A DNA stretch of 63,921 bases, the filler included, from Rhabdomonas costata (lineage: Eukaryota): NCBI GenBank assembly GCA_019059605.1. It is 22 parts of 22 records of this genome, joined end to end, with 100 filler letters (N's around TTAATTAATTAA, not from the genome) between each part and the next. Parts side by side here need not be neighbours in the genome. Positions count along the whole stretch, not along the records: positions 1 to 2,816 come from JAHMHO010001993.1; positions 2,917 to 5,728 come from JAHMHO010001994.1; positions 5,829 to 8,643 come from JAHMHO010001995.1; positions 8,744 to 11,557 come from JAHMHO010001996.1; 18 more parts are not named here. One strand, 5' to 3'. Position 1 is the stretch's first letter. Each line of letters opens with the position of its first letter. Below, in pieces: positions 1 to 11,554 of the stretch. The position numbers were made by a program, and so were the translations under genes. Below the pieces are notes generated by a model. The model did no database searches. It had not been told where the DNA came from and worked only from the letters and a program-made list of their open reading frames with translations.

Positions 1-37
1 TGTGGTTGGGTTTTTAGTTCACCCTGCTTTCCTATCA

Positions 38-2816
38 ATGCTGCGCCGAGCCCTTCGTTCCACCGGCAGCGCGTTTGCGCAGCGACGACATCTCAATGTG
101 CATGAGTTTGTCGGGAAGCAGCTGATGGGTGTTTACGGCATCGACCACCAGCGGGGGTTTGTTGTGAAGTCCACCAGTGAAGTTGCTGCTGTGACGGAGA
201 AGCTGCCCACCAAGAATTACATTGTGAAGGCGCAGGTTCTGGCAGGAGGCCGAGGCAAGGGGACGTTCAACACTGGGTGCCTTCCCTCCAGCCCGCACCG
301 CTCAACGTTGACTTTAAATTTAACAATGTGCGAACGAATGTGACGTTGCATGTCCGTGTGTCATCACACTGCGATTTTTTCCTGTGTCAAGAAAACGACT
401 TGCACGATTGGAAGAAAATTGACAGCGTTTATATATCTGTCTTTTATGTTCTTTCCAATGGGTTCGCTTGTTGGCTTACCCTAACCTTTCTGTTTCTGCG
501 CACTTTGACATTGCCATCCCCAACAGCTGCAAAGAGCGCTTCAAATGATCAATTACCCGCTCGCTCATGATAAATTTTGAATGGAGTCGTTTTTCTGAAG
601 CTAAAAGCATCTTTAGTCCTGGCCTTCTCCTTTGCTGGTGACCTGGTAAAAGATTCACAAAATTACACAAGGTCATCTAGGTCATCTTTGCCAATAATTT
701 CAATGCATCAAGCTCCGTTTCGCAGGTTCAAGGGAGGCGTGAAGTTCGCGAAGACCAAGGATGATGCCGTGGAGTACACCTCGAAGATGCTCGGAAACAC
801 CCTCATCACCCACCAGACTGGGGCTGCAGGGCAGAAGGTGTCCAAGGTCTTTATTGCCGAGTGCTTGGACATTCAGAAAGAGTACTATTTTGCCATCCTC
901 CTCCAGCGCAAATACGGAGGCCCCGGTGTGTGCTTCCCTTTGTGGTTCTTCCCGTTTCAACTCCTTGAGAGCTGAAAATTTATTGCCCATCTGCAAGGAG
1001 ACACCGCCGCAGGGTACAATTATCTAGGTGCAGCGATGTTGTGCAGTAAGGCCGGCCGTAAAAGAAACTCCAAAAATGGCGGCAGGTCGAAGCAGCATAA
1101 AATATTGCATAGAAAACAGTTTGCTGTTTTTGTGTTGTTATCTCCACGGCCTGGACGTCGTGGACTCGTCGTCGTCAGCCGATCCTGATTGCGATGTCTG
1201 CTGCTGTTGGTGTTTAGTTTCAAGATTTTTAAGAATAAGGAGCCATATCGCTTCAGTTCCAGCCCGCGAGAATTTCCATGACAGTCCTTCGGTCGACTTT
1301 GTTTGCAGTTCTGATTGGCTCCCCGCGTGGAGGCGTGGACATCGAAACCGTGGCCAAGGAGAATCCCGAGGACATCTTCACTCAGCCCGTCCCGTTGAGC
1401 AAGGGTCTGTTTGTTGCACGTATATGTGTGGGGGAGGAGGTGAGGTAGGGCTAAGCTGGGCCTGTACTTTTGGCGGTGCAGGTATGCCAATGCACCTGTC
1501 TATTCTTCAGCTGTTCTGCGCCGTGCATTGTTGCCTGCGTTCCCGTGCGCCACCCTCACGCAAGCATTTGCTGCTCTTTTCTCAGGCCTGACGAAAGAGG
1601 ATGCTCTGACCTTTGCAACCAAGCTGGGCTTCAAGGTCTGTGGGTTTTGGTTTGGTGTTATCCGTCATGTCACTCTCGGGGCGATGTTTATTCACTGTGT
1701 CGGAAAAGTGAACTCAAAGAACGGGGGTGGGCGGGTTCTTGTGTGCTTGGAATTCGTTGTCGCAGGCCCCGTATGCGGAGAAGGCCGCGGACTCGATGGT
1801 GAAGCTGTACAAGCTGATGATGGACAAGGACAGCACGATGATTGAGATCAACCCCTTCGTGGAGACCCCCGACGGAAGGGTGGTTTGCATCGACGCAAAG
1901 TTCAACTTCGATGACAGCGCCAGCTTCCGACAGAAGGCTCTCGTCCCTTTCAGTTCCCCATTTCCCCCTTGATCTTAATTCTGCAACTGCATAAATCCCA
2001 CTCAGCTATGCAAATGTCTGGAGGCGTGCTGTCAAGGCGTCCGTTATAATTTCCTCTGTTCAGGAAATCTTCGCGCAGCGCGATATTGAGCAGGAGGATG
2101 CTAAGGAGGTGGCCGCTGAGGCTGCGGGGCTGAACTACATTGCCCTGGACGGCAACATCGCTTGCCTGGTGAATGGTGCTGGCCTGGCCATGGTATTGAC
2201 GTGCCTCGGCGCTTCCTTTTAGCTTTCTGTTTGACTGTGAACCGCCCACAACAGTGACGACGACGACGACGACGATGTTATTTGAGTAACGACCGCCACA
2301 CGCCTCCAAGCTAGAGAGCGCCTAAACGGCAGCGAGGGGGGTCCTGGGGGAATCACCCAACAGCAGCCCGAGTGCCGGTCCCCTTTAGTAGGTGAGGAAA
2401 CAACACCCAAACGAGGGGCATGGTGTTAAAATCAAACGAGGCGAAAAGCAGTGCAGTTACCAAGGAGCCATGGAATGGGGCGACAGAAGAATGCCCGGTT
2501 TTTGAGAGAGAGAGAGATAGACCTTTCTCAGTCACCTTCTTAAGTCTCGCAACTGCTCGAGACTGCGTCATCTCAGGCAACTTATGTCCCCAACCAGGCC
2601 ACCTGCTGGCCCCCTTGTTTCACTTGGGAAGTCCTGGTTAGAGTGGGGCCAGGGTTGCCTTCATCTTAACGCCTAATCGAGACCAGCGTGTGAGACCGTG
2701 ATATTGATTCGAGCCGACCTCGGTGCCTGACAGTTTCCGTTCCAGTGTTCTCCCTTCACACCCAGCTCAGTGTATGTCTGCGTGTGGCGGTTGTGCCACA
2801 GGCCACCAGGGACATC
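38..2816 (+). CDS. sucC: Succinyl-CoA synthetase beta subunit, mitochondrial (3'-partial, 7 exons)
   Basis: Exons 38-276, 726-925, 1309-1404, 1586-1635, 1766-1936, 2064-2192 and 2802-2816 splice in frame. Motifs: [65 protein letters not shown]. The Arg-rich N-terminus looks like a mitochondrial presequence. Confidence 0.96.
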
Positions 2817-2916
2817 NNNNNNNNNNNNNNNNNNNNNNNNNNNNNNNNNNNNNNNNNNNNTTAATTAATTAANNNNNNNNNNNNNNNNNNNNNNNNNNNN
2901 NNNNNNNNNNNNNNNN
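2817..2916. other. Artificial contig linker (44 N + TTAATTAATTAA + 44 N); 21 copies, one every ~2.9 kb, the last at 61016-61115
   Basis: Identical 100-bp spacer with stops in all six frames between unrelated contigs of near-equal length. Confidence 0.99.
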
Positions 2917-3653
2917 GGTCTGGTGGTGCTGAGCCAAAGTGGGCAGACAGTGTGCGGGTGACTGACGCACGCTCTAGCTCGAACGTGGTGTCGGTGAAGT
3001 CCTATGGCCTGGACAAGGGTAACCGCGGTGCCCGACCTGAATCCAAAGTGACCTTTGAGGTTGAATTTCTCTCCTCCTCCTCCGCTTCTCCAGCATTTCA
3101 TGGATTCGTATGAGCGCATGGCGACTTTCACTGTTGTGCTCGGCAAGGACCACTACTGGACTAATGCGGCTGATAATTCCATCTGGCAGTCTAGGGGTTC
3201 GCTTTGCCTGTAGGTAGTTGGAGTTCCGATAATTATGCTTGGGGGTGGGGGGTCGTCACGTTGATTGGCTATCTGAAAGTGCGTGTTGCAAGGTTACAAG
3301 ACAAGATAAATCTCAGTTTCGGAAGTTTATGATTAACAATGTTGCAGACAAGTGACTGCACCCCCTAAGTGCACCCACCAGCGGTGGGAGTTCGTCCGCC
3401 GGCGTGCGGTGATGGGAATATCTGGATTTCTGGACGTCTTGGTGTGCAAAACAGAGACGCAGCGAAACCCCACCCAATTTACTGAACCTTTTTACTGTTG
3501 GAGCGATGTGAAGGGGTGGTATGATATGGGTGAAGTCGCCAGCGCAGCACTGGACCCCTGCGAATGGACCGGCCCCCGATGGTGTTGCCAATGCCTTCAT
3601 CGGAGTTGGTTTGGCTCCAGACTGAGACGTAAATGGCTCCTTATTCCTCGCAG

Positions 3654-4434
3654 GAACCACCCGCGGAGGAGCTGGAAGACGTCGACGAGGAAGAGGAGGA
3701 ACCCCCCGACGATGAAGAGGAGGAAGAGGAGGAGCCGGAAGAGGAGGAAGAGGAGGAGGCTGAGGCCGCGGAGCCCGACGGCGGGCCGGGGTCGGAGGAG
3801 ATCCCAGAGGCCGTGCCGGGGGACTCCCTGGTGGATGAGCACGTGTACCCCGACGGCAAGGTCTGTTTTGGAAGGGGTTGGGACACCTTTTGTCTGTCCT
3901 GGTTCGCAATATAGCTGTGTTGAGTTTATGTGAAAGTTGGGCTCGGTCTTGGATGGAGGAAACCGGGGCGGTTGAGTCGTACAGCTGTTCAATACATGGC
4001 TTCCACTGTTCCATCCTCAGCTCCTTTTTGTTCGGCTGATTTAAGGGAACGCAATTAGAAAACCCTGAAATGAAAGACAGGGTGTCATTCCAGCACCGAT
4101 AACAAAGCCCGTATTCGTTTATATGTTTACATGTGTGTCGTTTTGAGCAATCCGGAACCGTTCCCCACCTCCCCACCTCGAACAGGTTCAGCGGCTGTTC
4201 CGAAGCGGGAAGCGGGAGATTGTGTACACCAACGGCACCCTGAAGGTGATGTTCAGCTCGGGCCACGTCGTGCTGCACTTCGCCAACGGGGACGTCAAGC
4301 GGAGCTTCCCGAGCGGAAAAGTGGTGTACTTCTACTCCCTGGCCCGCACTACGCACACCACGTATCCCAGTCTGCTGCAGGTCTTCGAGTTCGCCAACGA
4401 GCAGATCGAGAAGCACTACCCTAACGGGATGAAG
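3654..4434 (+). CDS. CENPJ: SAS-4/CENPJ (CPAP)-like centriole protein, Tcp10_C domain (partial)
   Basis: Exons 3654-3860 and 4186-4434. An acidic stretch is followed by YPDGK..REIVYTNGT..FANGDVK..YFY...TTHTTYP..VFEFANEQIEKHYPNG. Confidence 0.88.
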
Positions 4435-5834
4435 GTGACCACCACCACCCTCCCCGTCCATGCGAACCAAGGGTTCTTCCTGTGTGGGGTTGTTTGACTT
4501 CTCATCCCTTCAGAAAAGGAAAAACAGTTGCACGGCGAACGGATGTGTTTGTTTACCTGTGTGTATTGCTCAATGCTCTCAGTTGTCGTTGGTGAGACTG
4601 AGGGTTCACTGCAGTCTGGGGAGTGTAGGTGCCAGCCCGAAAATCTTATGGTTTGTGTTGTTTAGAGTAGCAAAGCGGTATGGCTGATCTCGATGTCCTT
4701 TCTCGTGGCTTTTGGTTTTTTAATTTTGTATTTTTGCCACACATTGGCTTTGTGCTGTCATTTTCTGGTTCCCTGCAGGATGTGTCGTGTCCCCTGAGTA
4801 CAAAGGGAATTAGAGAGAAGAAAAGCGGTTGTGATGCGCAGATGTCCAGCGCAATAACGGCAATTTCAACAAACAGGTAAATCTGACAATCTCATTCGTT
4901 GAAAGACACCTGTAGAAGCTCCCTTTTGACTTTTGGAATTCTGCCACATCCGGTTGCTGTGTGTGTGTTTGCGGGGGGGTGCGCAGTGCAATGTGCAGAG
5001 TGGTGAAATTATGAAAAATCGGCAAGTCAGTAACCAGCTGGAAGAAAACATACGACATTCCACATTCCGTCATCGGACATTATATGACCAAATTAGAGAA
5101 AATGCGACACGACCGAATCAGGCACCCCCTAGGTCTAGCACCTCAATCTCAATCACCGCCCACCGGAAGGGGGTGATTGAGACTTTGATTGATCTGGGAC
5201 CCCCCCCCCACGATGTGCTTGCACGTCTATTCTCTACTCGCAAAACCCCAAGCATTCTTCTGCAAGATGAGGACATTTGGTTTCGACAAACCATTGTGAT
5301 AGCTGACTGGCTGGCTGCTCACAACTGTCGCTCACACTTCTGCTTTTAAGGGGGAAAATGAGTATATTTTGGGGGAGTTTTTCTCTTTGTCCCCAAGTTC
5401 TGGTCGTATTCGTCGGACCTCAGCCTCAAATGGGGTCCTTGATCAAGGTGAGGGACTGAGGGACTGAGGGACTATGGCAGGGATTATTGTAAATCTTTAC
5501 AATAATTGAATGTTTCGAAACCCCCTCAGGACAAACAGCAGCGACGAAGTTTTGCGTCGCAGCACATATCAAGCGGATAGGTCAGTTTTAAAGTGAATCG
5601 GACAAACATCTGTCACATCAAGCTGAACAACAACACATCCCATTCCCATAATCAGATCGAGGACGGGCACCCTTGGACAGCCCCTTTTCAAAAATCCAAA
5701 TGGTCCTGTTACCAACACACCCACCACANNNNNNNNNNNNNNNNNNNNNNNNNNNNNNNNNNNNNNNNNNNNTTAATTAATTAANNNNNNNNNNNNNNNN
5801 NNNNNNNNNNNNNNNNNNNNNNNNNNNNGTGGTT

Positions 5835-6179
5835 TTGGAAACCCTTGTCGGTTAAAATGCCCTTCGGTCAGGAGCCATATTTGCTCGGAGCACACCGGAA
5901 GATTGTTTTGCCGTATACAAATAGTTGAGGAGCCCTTCTCAAACCAGCTCCGCTGAGGATATTTGATGATTGCTTTTCAAGTATCGACACGGAAACCGAA
6001 GAAAAGATCTTGACATCCCTAAAACCTTATATAGAGCATTCTACCTGCATCTTATAACGCACAGGATTTCCACCCTGCGGTATGCTGACGAAATCATGAT
6101 TCTCAAGGAGGGACATATCCTCGAGAGTGGTACTCCTCAGGATCTATGGGATGGGCATACCTTCAACAGCTCGAAATAA
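5835..6179 (+). pseudogene. Decayed bacterial-type ABC exporter ATPase C-terminal fragment (MdlA/MsbA-like)
   Basis: LETLVG* (stop at 5853-5855), then GALLKPAPLRIFDDCFSSIDTETEEKIL..STCIL from 5929, a frameshift near 6053, then ITHRISTLRYADEIMILKEGHILESGT. Walker B, D-loop and H-loop are recognisable. No introns. Confidence 0.8.
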
Positions 6180-6198
6180 AAAGGCTGAGCATCACTTT

Positions 6199-6861
6199 TT
6201 AGGGAAGCAGATCAGTCTCACCCCTCTGAACACTGGCACGCACGTAAGGGTCATAGCTCAGCTTCTCCACAAAGCTCTGCTCCCCAGCACTGCCACCAAA
6301 GAGCTCTGCGCGGGCTTCGGGAGGCAGCGTGGGCAGCAGCAACGTGGCAAACTCCTGCGCCCCAAGCTGCAGAACCTTCTTCACGAACTGCTGTGCAAGT
6401 TCTGAGGAAAAATACACGAGAGAGAAACACAGTAGTGTGGTTAGAGGAACTTGTACCTAAAAGTCCATAACATCCGTCGGGCCTCTTGTATTTTTATTGG
6501 GGGTGTTTAGCACCACTATTGCACTTCCAGCCCAGTTCCCTTAAGCTCCAACTCACAACCTCGACCACGCCAGATATGGGCTGCTGAGTCCCAAAAGGTA
6601 TCCACAGAAGCACAAAAGAGGCGTCATACCAAAATAAACTCGGGCTAGTTCTACCCGCTATCTCCCGCCAACTTCCATTTCACAACAAACCATCCCAAAT
6701 CATGACATTCTGTTGAACTCCAACTTCCTCTCATGGAGGTGGACCTTACCTTCTTGGTCTGTTGAGCCAGTGTCGCGAAAGACCTGAAGGCATTTCGAGA
6801 GGTCATCTGGGGAGACCTTCTCACGCAGACTCTGCTGAAGGTCGTCCACAGCGGAACGCAT
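6199..6861 (-). CDS. Small hypothetical protein (104 aa, 2 exons)
   Basis: Exons 6861-6750 and 6401-6199 are joined by a GT-AG intron in matching phase (G|AA). No recognisable domain. Confidence 0.55.
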
Positions 6862-6987
6862 CCCGAGAACAGGGGGATACAACCACAGAAGTGAGAAAAA
6901 CACCGAAACGCTCGTACCCAAAAGAGGAAAGCAAGGAAGGGCAAAAGTTTTGACAATCTGGAAAGAAAGCGACAGACATACATTTTG

Positions 6988-7047
6988 TGCTAACGAAATA
7001 CTCCCGAAATAAGCCCATGCTAACGAAATACTCCCGAAATAAGCCCA
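6988..7047. repeat. 30-bp tandem duplication (TGCTAACGAAATACTCCCGAAATAAGCCCA x2)
   Basis: Direct repeat read from the sequence. Confidence 0.9.
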
Positions 7048-8429
7048 ACAATCAGCGACCCCAAAACACGAGCGGAAAAGGGTGTGGATGTCGGCGGATG
7101 CTGACTGTTGACTGCAGACTGCAAAACTCCCGGGCCTATTAAAAGTCTAAAATGGACCACAGGGCAAGACTGACTGTGGGTGGTCGCTTTATCTAATCCA
7201 AAGACCACTTTTGGTGAAGCAAGATTTGACGCACAAAAAACCAGAAAGTCGGGGGAGCTGCTGCATCAATTACATACACACCCGCACCAAAAAACGCAAG
7301 GACACACGCAAACAAAGAAATTGCCCCCTCTCGTGGATTCTGGGCGGGGGCAAAAAGTACCCGGAAAGGCCTCGACGTACACCAGAGGCCTTTCACCGCA
7401 CGGCATAAATTGGCCACACCAAAAATGCCGTGTGGCCTGTGGTGTAGTAGCGATTCACAGTCTTGGGACAAAGAACAGCTGGGCGGCGCCTGGGACGCGC
7501 CGGCGACCTCTGCCCTCGATTGCGATACTCAGAGCCTCCTCATTTAGGATGGGGCAGACACGACAACCGCCGTACACTCCACTGGGCTGGAGCCTCCAGC
7601 CCCCAGTCGAGTTCCTGTGTACAAAAAAAGAACACCACGCCGCACTGCCAACCAATGTGACAAGCTGCTCTGTTGGTGAGGTATTTCTATATTTGGTAGC
7701 GCAACCTCGCATTCGCGAGAGCCTTCTACTGTTCCGTGCATGATGTGCGGCGAGGACTCCAATCCGGAGCACTCAACGAATGATTTGTTAATTCGCAACC
7801 GGGACAATATTCTGGTATAGTGTGATCTCAGTGAAATTGATTATCAACCGCACTTCTGCATCAACGGGGTGCCGCCCTTCCGTGCCGCATCCGCTGAATT
7901 ATTCTGTAGCCCTCAACAGTAGCGTAATGATTGCCAGAGGAATGGAACCAGGCAACGTCTGAAACGGCGGCAACGGCAAAATCATGGAGTAGTTGGGTAC
8001 CGTAAGGTGGCAATGTAGATGGTGTAACGTAGATGAGTTAAAGAGAAATCCCCGATGATGAGACTTATTTTCTATGATCACCATTAGGGCTAAACCGCAG
8101 TTGGCGGAAAGGGGGTGGGGGTGCCCGTGTAAATAATGGGATACTGATGCCGTTATGTTATTGTCCACTTTCAGTTCAAAAGTGAGTGTCCAGTAAAATG
8201 AGAGCATTCTTGAACTTCAAAAAAAAAGGGGGGGATCAAGAATGAAAAAACGAACTGGGATGATCCTTTTTTACCCTGCCGCTTCGTGGTATTGACGTTT
8301 CTCTCTTTCCTTTCCTTTAATGCGAAGCCACACAATGGTGGTCCCCCCCTCCCCCAAATACGTTTTCACCGAAAACTCCGCCACAGTCAGCTCTGCGCCA
8401 AAAGAAAAAGCAGGCATCCCAGTCCTCAC

Positions 8430-8594
8430 CCCTCTCAAAAAACCAATGATGGCGGCTCCCACAGCGTCTCCAGTGACATTCACCGTGGTCCGCACACTGT
8501 CCAGGAGCCACTCGATCGCGAGGAGAAACGCGATGGCCTTAATCACGGGAACTCCGGTGGCCTCAATCATCGCTACCAGGCCCACCAGCCCAGC
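8430..8594 (-). CDS. Dicarboxylate/amino acid:cation symporter (DAACS/SLC1) exon
   Basis: AGLVGLVAMIEATGVP..LLAIEWLLDSVRTTVNVTGDAVGA is the HP2/TM8 signature, with the Arg typical of acidic-amino-acid transporters. Confidence 0.88.
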
Positions 8595-8743
8595 CTGTGA
8601 CGTCCCATCACACGATGAGAAAGCGGTAAACAAAAAAGCACACNNNNNNNNNNNNNNNNNNNNNNNNNNNNNNNNNNNNNNNNNNNNTTAATTAATTAAN
8701 NNNNNNNNNNNNNNNNNNNNNNNNNNNNNNNNNNNNNNNNNNN

Positions 8744-10856
8744 TGTGGGTGGGGCTGGTGCAGGGAGTGCGGGGCGCCGTCCGTGGTGCCCGGGGCCTAC
8801 CCCGGGTGCTGGTGCTGGTCAACCCCATGGCGGGGCGAGGCAAGGCCCCCAAGATTGTGCAGGAGGTCTTTTTTCCCGTGTGTGTGTGTGTGTGCGTGTA
8901 TGGCAGCGAGGACTCGCGGCAGAAGAAGACTCGAAGAAACGCTACCAAGCGATAAGCGGACTGGGCGAGAGCATGGGTTGGAGCTCCATAGAACCGCGGT
9001 TTGATGCACCACTGAGGATAGCCAAGAATCTCCGCCCAGCAGTAGTGGGGTAATCCGTACCCCCGATAAGCAGCCAGGCAGCGGGAGAACATTTAAAATC
9101 CCGCTAGAGGCAGAAAAGAACTCCACCAAAGCAATGCCTTGTGTACATGCTAAGTGTGAGGCAGCGATGCGGCGCACAGAGAATGGCGTTAGGCCGGTCC
9201 CATGCCCCATCGAGGGGGTATCCCAGGGCGGAGGAGAACCGCAAGTCTTCCCGTTTACCCTTGCGGATCAGGACCAGGGGAAGCCCGAGGAGCCGGCTGT
9301 GGAGCAGCGGCCTGGAGCCCAAGAAATAGTGAAGTCCGACGGGATTTGTCAGTCTATAGAGAGCACAGACAAGTATCAAGAAAGGTCCCGAAGTCAGTGC
9401 CCCCACGAAAAGTGCCAGGTACTGCGCCCCGGTTGGGGTGGCTTGGCGTGGTCAGAACCGGAGTCAAGGAAGAAGAGGGGTGGAGCTCTTCGTAACCGCT
9501 GTTTAATGCGCCATTGAGGTGAAATGAAGAGCCCGGAAGAGTCTGGACGTCTCCAGGTGACCTCATTTGCCACCGAAACGACGACCCACGCACCCAAACC
9601 GCATAGGAAACCACCACACAGACACACACAGTCGATTACGAGACACAATTGGGAGTTGTCCTGCTGTGGCACCCTTCTCTGCTGGGCGGAGGTTCTCTAT
9701 CTTCTTGTGGACTTTTGTTGTGCAATTTGAGGATGCCGTTTACTGGATGCTCCTGCATATCCATAAATGCAGCAGCTCCTTTTTGGCATCCTGCATTGTA
9801 TCTCGAAATTAATAGTTCCCTTCTGTTATTGTGTTGCGTTTCAATGGGCTGCAGGTCATTCGTCCGGTCTTGCTGGACTGCTGCGCCTCGGTGGAGGTCT
9901 TTGCCACGCTTTCCCCGGGCCATGCCGAGGTTTTCGTGCGCGAGAACCCTGCCCTGGACGCCGTTGACGTCCTCGCCGTGGCCAGCGGGGACGGCCTGCT
10001 GCACGAGGTGCGTCAACGCTTGTGAAATCTTCTTGGGGGTGTTCCATTGGGCAATGGGTTGTCAGAAAAGGTATGCTTTTCTTTTCGTTTTTTTTTCGGG
10101 ATTTCTTTGATGTGCAATCGGTGGCCCTTAAGGCCTCTCCTTTTGATTGTGACCCATTCACTTGTGTCGCTATTTCCCCTGAGGCTTTGATGTTTCAATG
10201 GGCCTGAATAGAGGGGAGTCTGAGGTGCTGCTCACGTACGTACTGCGGGGAAGTGCGGATCGGAGAGCTGTCCGAAGCCACAAAACGATTGTACCTATTG
10301 CACCTATCCTCCTTAGAATGATTCTTTGTTGGTCATCGATTGTTCAGCGCGCTCCCCGTCAAAAGTGCATTTGTTAGACGCTTTAATATATCCGATTTCC
10401 TCCGTCGCGAGTAGCTGTTTGACTGCAACACGCTTTTTCCTTTGGGACACCCCCGTATACGTGACGCAATGACACAACGTTAGGAACATTGGAATTCTTG
10501 CAAATTTCTCCCGTAAGACCGTGTATCGTCCCGTATTGCACTGCAACATCTCACTCAGGAATCCTCCACCAAAACGACCGCTGGCGTATAGTATTTTTTT
10601 TACACGTATAACACAATTACTTGGCATTTTCGGATTGTACCGAATGATAGCCTCACTATGCATTCCCTGTGCGGAAAAGGTGGTCAATGGGCTGCTCTGC
10701 CGCCCTGACGCCCGCCAAAGGCTCACCAGCCTGGCCATCGCGGCCTTCCCAGTGGGCTCGGGCAACGCCTTCGCCGCGAACGCGGGGATCTCCTCGGTTC
10801 CCCGGGCCCTATGGGCGATTGCCAGGGGCCAGGTTGCACACCTGGATGTGATGAAG
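8744..10856 (+). CDS. Sphingosine kinase / DAG-kinase catalytic domain protein (partial)
   Basis: Exons 8744-8865, 9855-10007 and 10680-10856. Motifs: LVLVNPMAGRGKA, SGDGLLHEVVNGLL, FPVGSGNA. Confidence 0.92.
9178..9257 (+). repeat. Dispersed repeat family, copy A (degenerate, intronic)
   Basis: CCCATGCCCCATCGAGGG...CCCAGGG...AGTCTTCCC is shared with the copies at 17490-17783 and 23097-23224. Confidence 0.7.
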
Positions 10857-11092
10857 GTGCTGAGTGCAGGGCGTGGGGCACTCACATTCTCTCCTGATTT
10901 TTGTTTCGCCTGCCTTACCTGGTTTGCTCTCTGAAACTTGAAACTCGGAGGATTCCTCCCCGAGCTATGATCCACAGTGAGTAATCATGTTCATGAAGCC
11001 CCCTGTATTTTCTTGTCTTTGAGTGCGTGTGTGGAAACTCGAAAACAATCTCTCTCACACCTCAGAAATTGCCGCAACCGTGGCTGCATAAA

Positions 11093-11357
11093 CAGGCTCT
11101 TGTGAAGTAGTATGAGGGTGGGTACCCGATACCGGTGGTGCCCGGGTTTGCCTGCTGGCGATGATCCAATGATTCAAGCAGATGATCGGAAGGGGCTTGG
11201 GTGACGATTCACGTGGGATTCTAAGAGGAGAACATTCCAGAATGTCTTGGGCCTAGATCCTAGGTGCTTAACCCTGGCCTACATGATATTTTTGGGCTTT
11301 AAACGGGTACCAGGGTACCAAGTACCACCTCCGAACACACACCATTTCACAAGACCG
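11093..11357. mobile_element. Decayed MITE-like element
   Basis: Imperfect terminal inverted repeats TCTTGTGAAGTAGTATG / CACACCATTTCACAAGA, with inner inverted GGTACC-rich segments. Confidence 0.5.
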
Positions 11358-11476
11358 TATCTGTATCTTTGTGGCCATGCTTTACTTGTAGGCAGGGCTT
11401 ATATTGTGAAGTAGTTCGTCGGTTGGTCATTCATTCGTTCGTTCATCCATTCATTCACGCGTCCACGCTGATAAAA

Positions 11477-11554
11477 TGGGGTGAATAATACCCCCGTCTA
11501 TCCTCCTCATTAACAACTGATGCTGGTGGATGTCCGGGGGTATTATTCACCCCA
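11477..11554. repeat. Perfect 20-bp inverted repeat with a 38-nt spacer
   Basis: TGGGGTGAATAATACCCCCG (11477-11496) / CGGGGGTATTATTCACCCCA (11535-11554). Confidence 0.9.

Noticed and set aside
2802-2816. ATRDI instead of the conserved ATMDI, suggesting RNA editing or recoding
   Set aside because: Lies in the last bases of a contig, where G-substitution errors are likely.
2861-2872. TTAATTAATTAA recurring every ~2.9 kb as a biological repeat
   Set aside because: Always embedded in N-runs; it is a synthetic six-frame-stop linker.
3313-4470. 385-aa minus-strand ORF, and similar long antisense ORFs at 49443-50324 and 50833-51741
   Set aside because: Shadows of GC3-rich real exons on the opposite strand.
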